DNA from: an uncultured virus (IMG/VR IMGVR_UViG_3300018080_000162) | Lineage: Duplodnaviria > Heunggongvirae > Uroviricota > Caudoviricetes | DNA length: 20,000 bases | IMG/VR virus record: IMGVR_UViG_3300018080_000162 | Direction: 5' to 3' (one strand) | Shown: one piece after another, positions 19,574-20,000 of the stretch | Layout of the letters: every line of letters starts with the position of its first letter | How positions within the stretch are numbered: the stretch's first letter is position 1 | The notes under the pieces: model-generated | Database searches by the model: none | What the model was told of the DNA's origin: nothing | Seen by the model: the letters and a program-made list of their open reading frames with translations, nothing else | Program-made: the position numbers and the translations under genes

Positions 19574-19766
19574 AAAACTTTGTGAGCGATGTTTCGAGGG
19601 GGAGGGCAGGCGGCTCCTTGACAATCTTTACATTTGGAAGAAGGGTGTTGTGTTTCCATGTCGAAAAACAAATCCGTTTTTCGGTTGGAACAGTTGGAGC
19701 AAGCCGCCAGAGGATTGTCCATTCTACTTGGAGCACAGATTGGAGGAAGAGCAATGTGGACGTTAA
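19563..19766 (+). CDS. Array member 16 (GTG start)
   Basis: MLSRKLCERC...FPC...PPEDCPFYLEH. Confidence 0.85.
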   Translation: MLSRKLCERCFEGEGRRLLDNLYIWKKGVVFPCRKTNPFFGWNSWSKPPEDCPFYLEHRLEEEQCGR

Positions 19767-19933
19767 AGAGTCTGATGAGGAGCGCGACTGAGAACTCGAC
19801 GCAAATCAATGGCAAGTGGGTTCCTGCGCGTCCTATCAATTGGAAGCACAGGAGTTTTTTCGAGCGGCTGAGAGAGGCTTGGGCGGTATTCAAAGGGAAA
19901 GCGGACAGTTTCATTTGGCCGGAGGGACAGTGA
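19754..19933 (+). CDS. Hypothetical phage protein, 59 aa (WVPARP...AWAVFKGKAD)
   Basis: GGAGG SD before ATG 19754; TGATG coupling to the next gene. Confidence 0.8.
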   Translation: MWTLKSLMRSATENSTQINGKWVPARPINWKHRSFFERLREAWAVFKGKADSFIWPEGQ

Positions 19934-20000
19934 TGAGCACACAGAGGGTGGAGATAGAACCTGAGGAAGGCGCATCCTATTGCAACAAAAAAGGATTCAG
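19933..20000 (+). CDS. Hypothetical protein (3'-partial)
   Basis: GGAGG SD, ATG 19933, frame open to the window end (MSTQRVEIEPEEGASYCNKKGF...). Confidence 0.6.
   Translation, partial: MSTQRVEIEPEEGASYCNKKGF

Noticed and set aside
15701..19766. CRISPR array reading of the periodic junction repeats
   Set aside because: Repeats are degenerate at synonymous positions, the intervening segments are long, variable in length and in-frame coding, and no cas genes are present.
15701..19766. Diversity-generating retroelement as the source of variation
   Set aside because: No reverse transcriptase and no near-identical template/variable pair differing only at adenines; members differ by large indels.
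55..19975. Many long minus-strand ORFs (e.g. 487-1377, 5887-6969, 7135-8046, 11476-12237)
   Set aside because: They shadow + strand genes that have SDs, promoters and terminators, cross regulatory repeats, and show no recognisable motifs.
1..20000. Stop-codon reassignment (alternative genetic code)
   Set aside because: TAA, TAG and TGA all end genes directly before terminators or coupled starts; gene breaks are explained by frame changes rather than in-frame stops.

Overview
This window looks like the early (host-takeover) accessory region of a large dsDNA bacteriophage. All credible genes are on the + strand and none is a structural or housekeeping gene. Bases 1-2900 hold a 5'-truncated MoxR/CobS-type AAA+ ATPase and small genes, including a SEC-C protein overlapping a Lys-rich tail. 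Bases 2900-14800 are a mosaic of short transcription units built from repeated non-coding parts: a fixed-spacing 33-bp promoter-like motif (11 good copies plus 1 degenerate), intrinsic terminators (most preceded by an anti-Shine-Dalgarno tract), and a ~60-bp intergenic repeat (6 copies) whose core resembles XerC/XerD dif arms in swapped order. This part also carries three atypical tRNAs (Pro-TGG with A37; Leu-AAG without a long variable arm; a Tyr-GTA-like RNA with no D-arm) and two further structured RNAs. A stand-alone C-terminal half of an SbcC/Rad50 ATPase lies at 14840-15472. Bases 15701-19766 are a tandem array of 16 paralogous Cys/His mini-protein genes (17 domains; MLxxxxCxxC...C...PxxCPxxLEH) with conserved ends and highly variable middles; at several junctions the LEH codons also supply the next gene's ribosome-binding site. 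Three apparent single-base frameshifts and one probable ATC start need checking against reads. Protein family names come from motif recognition and memory, not from database searches.
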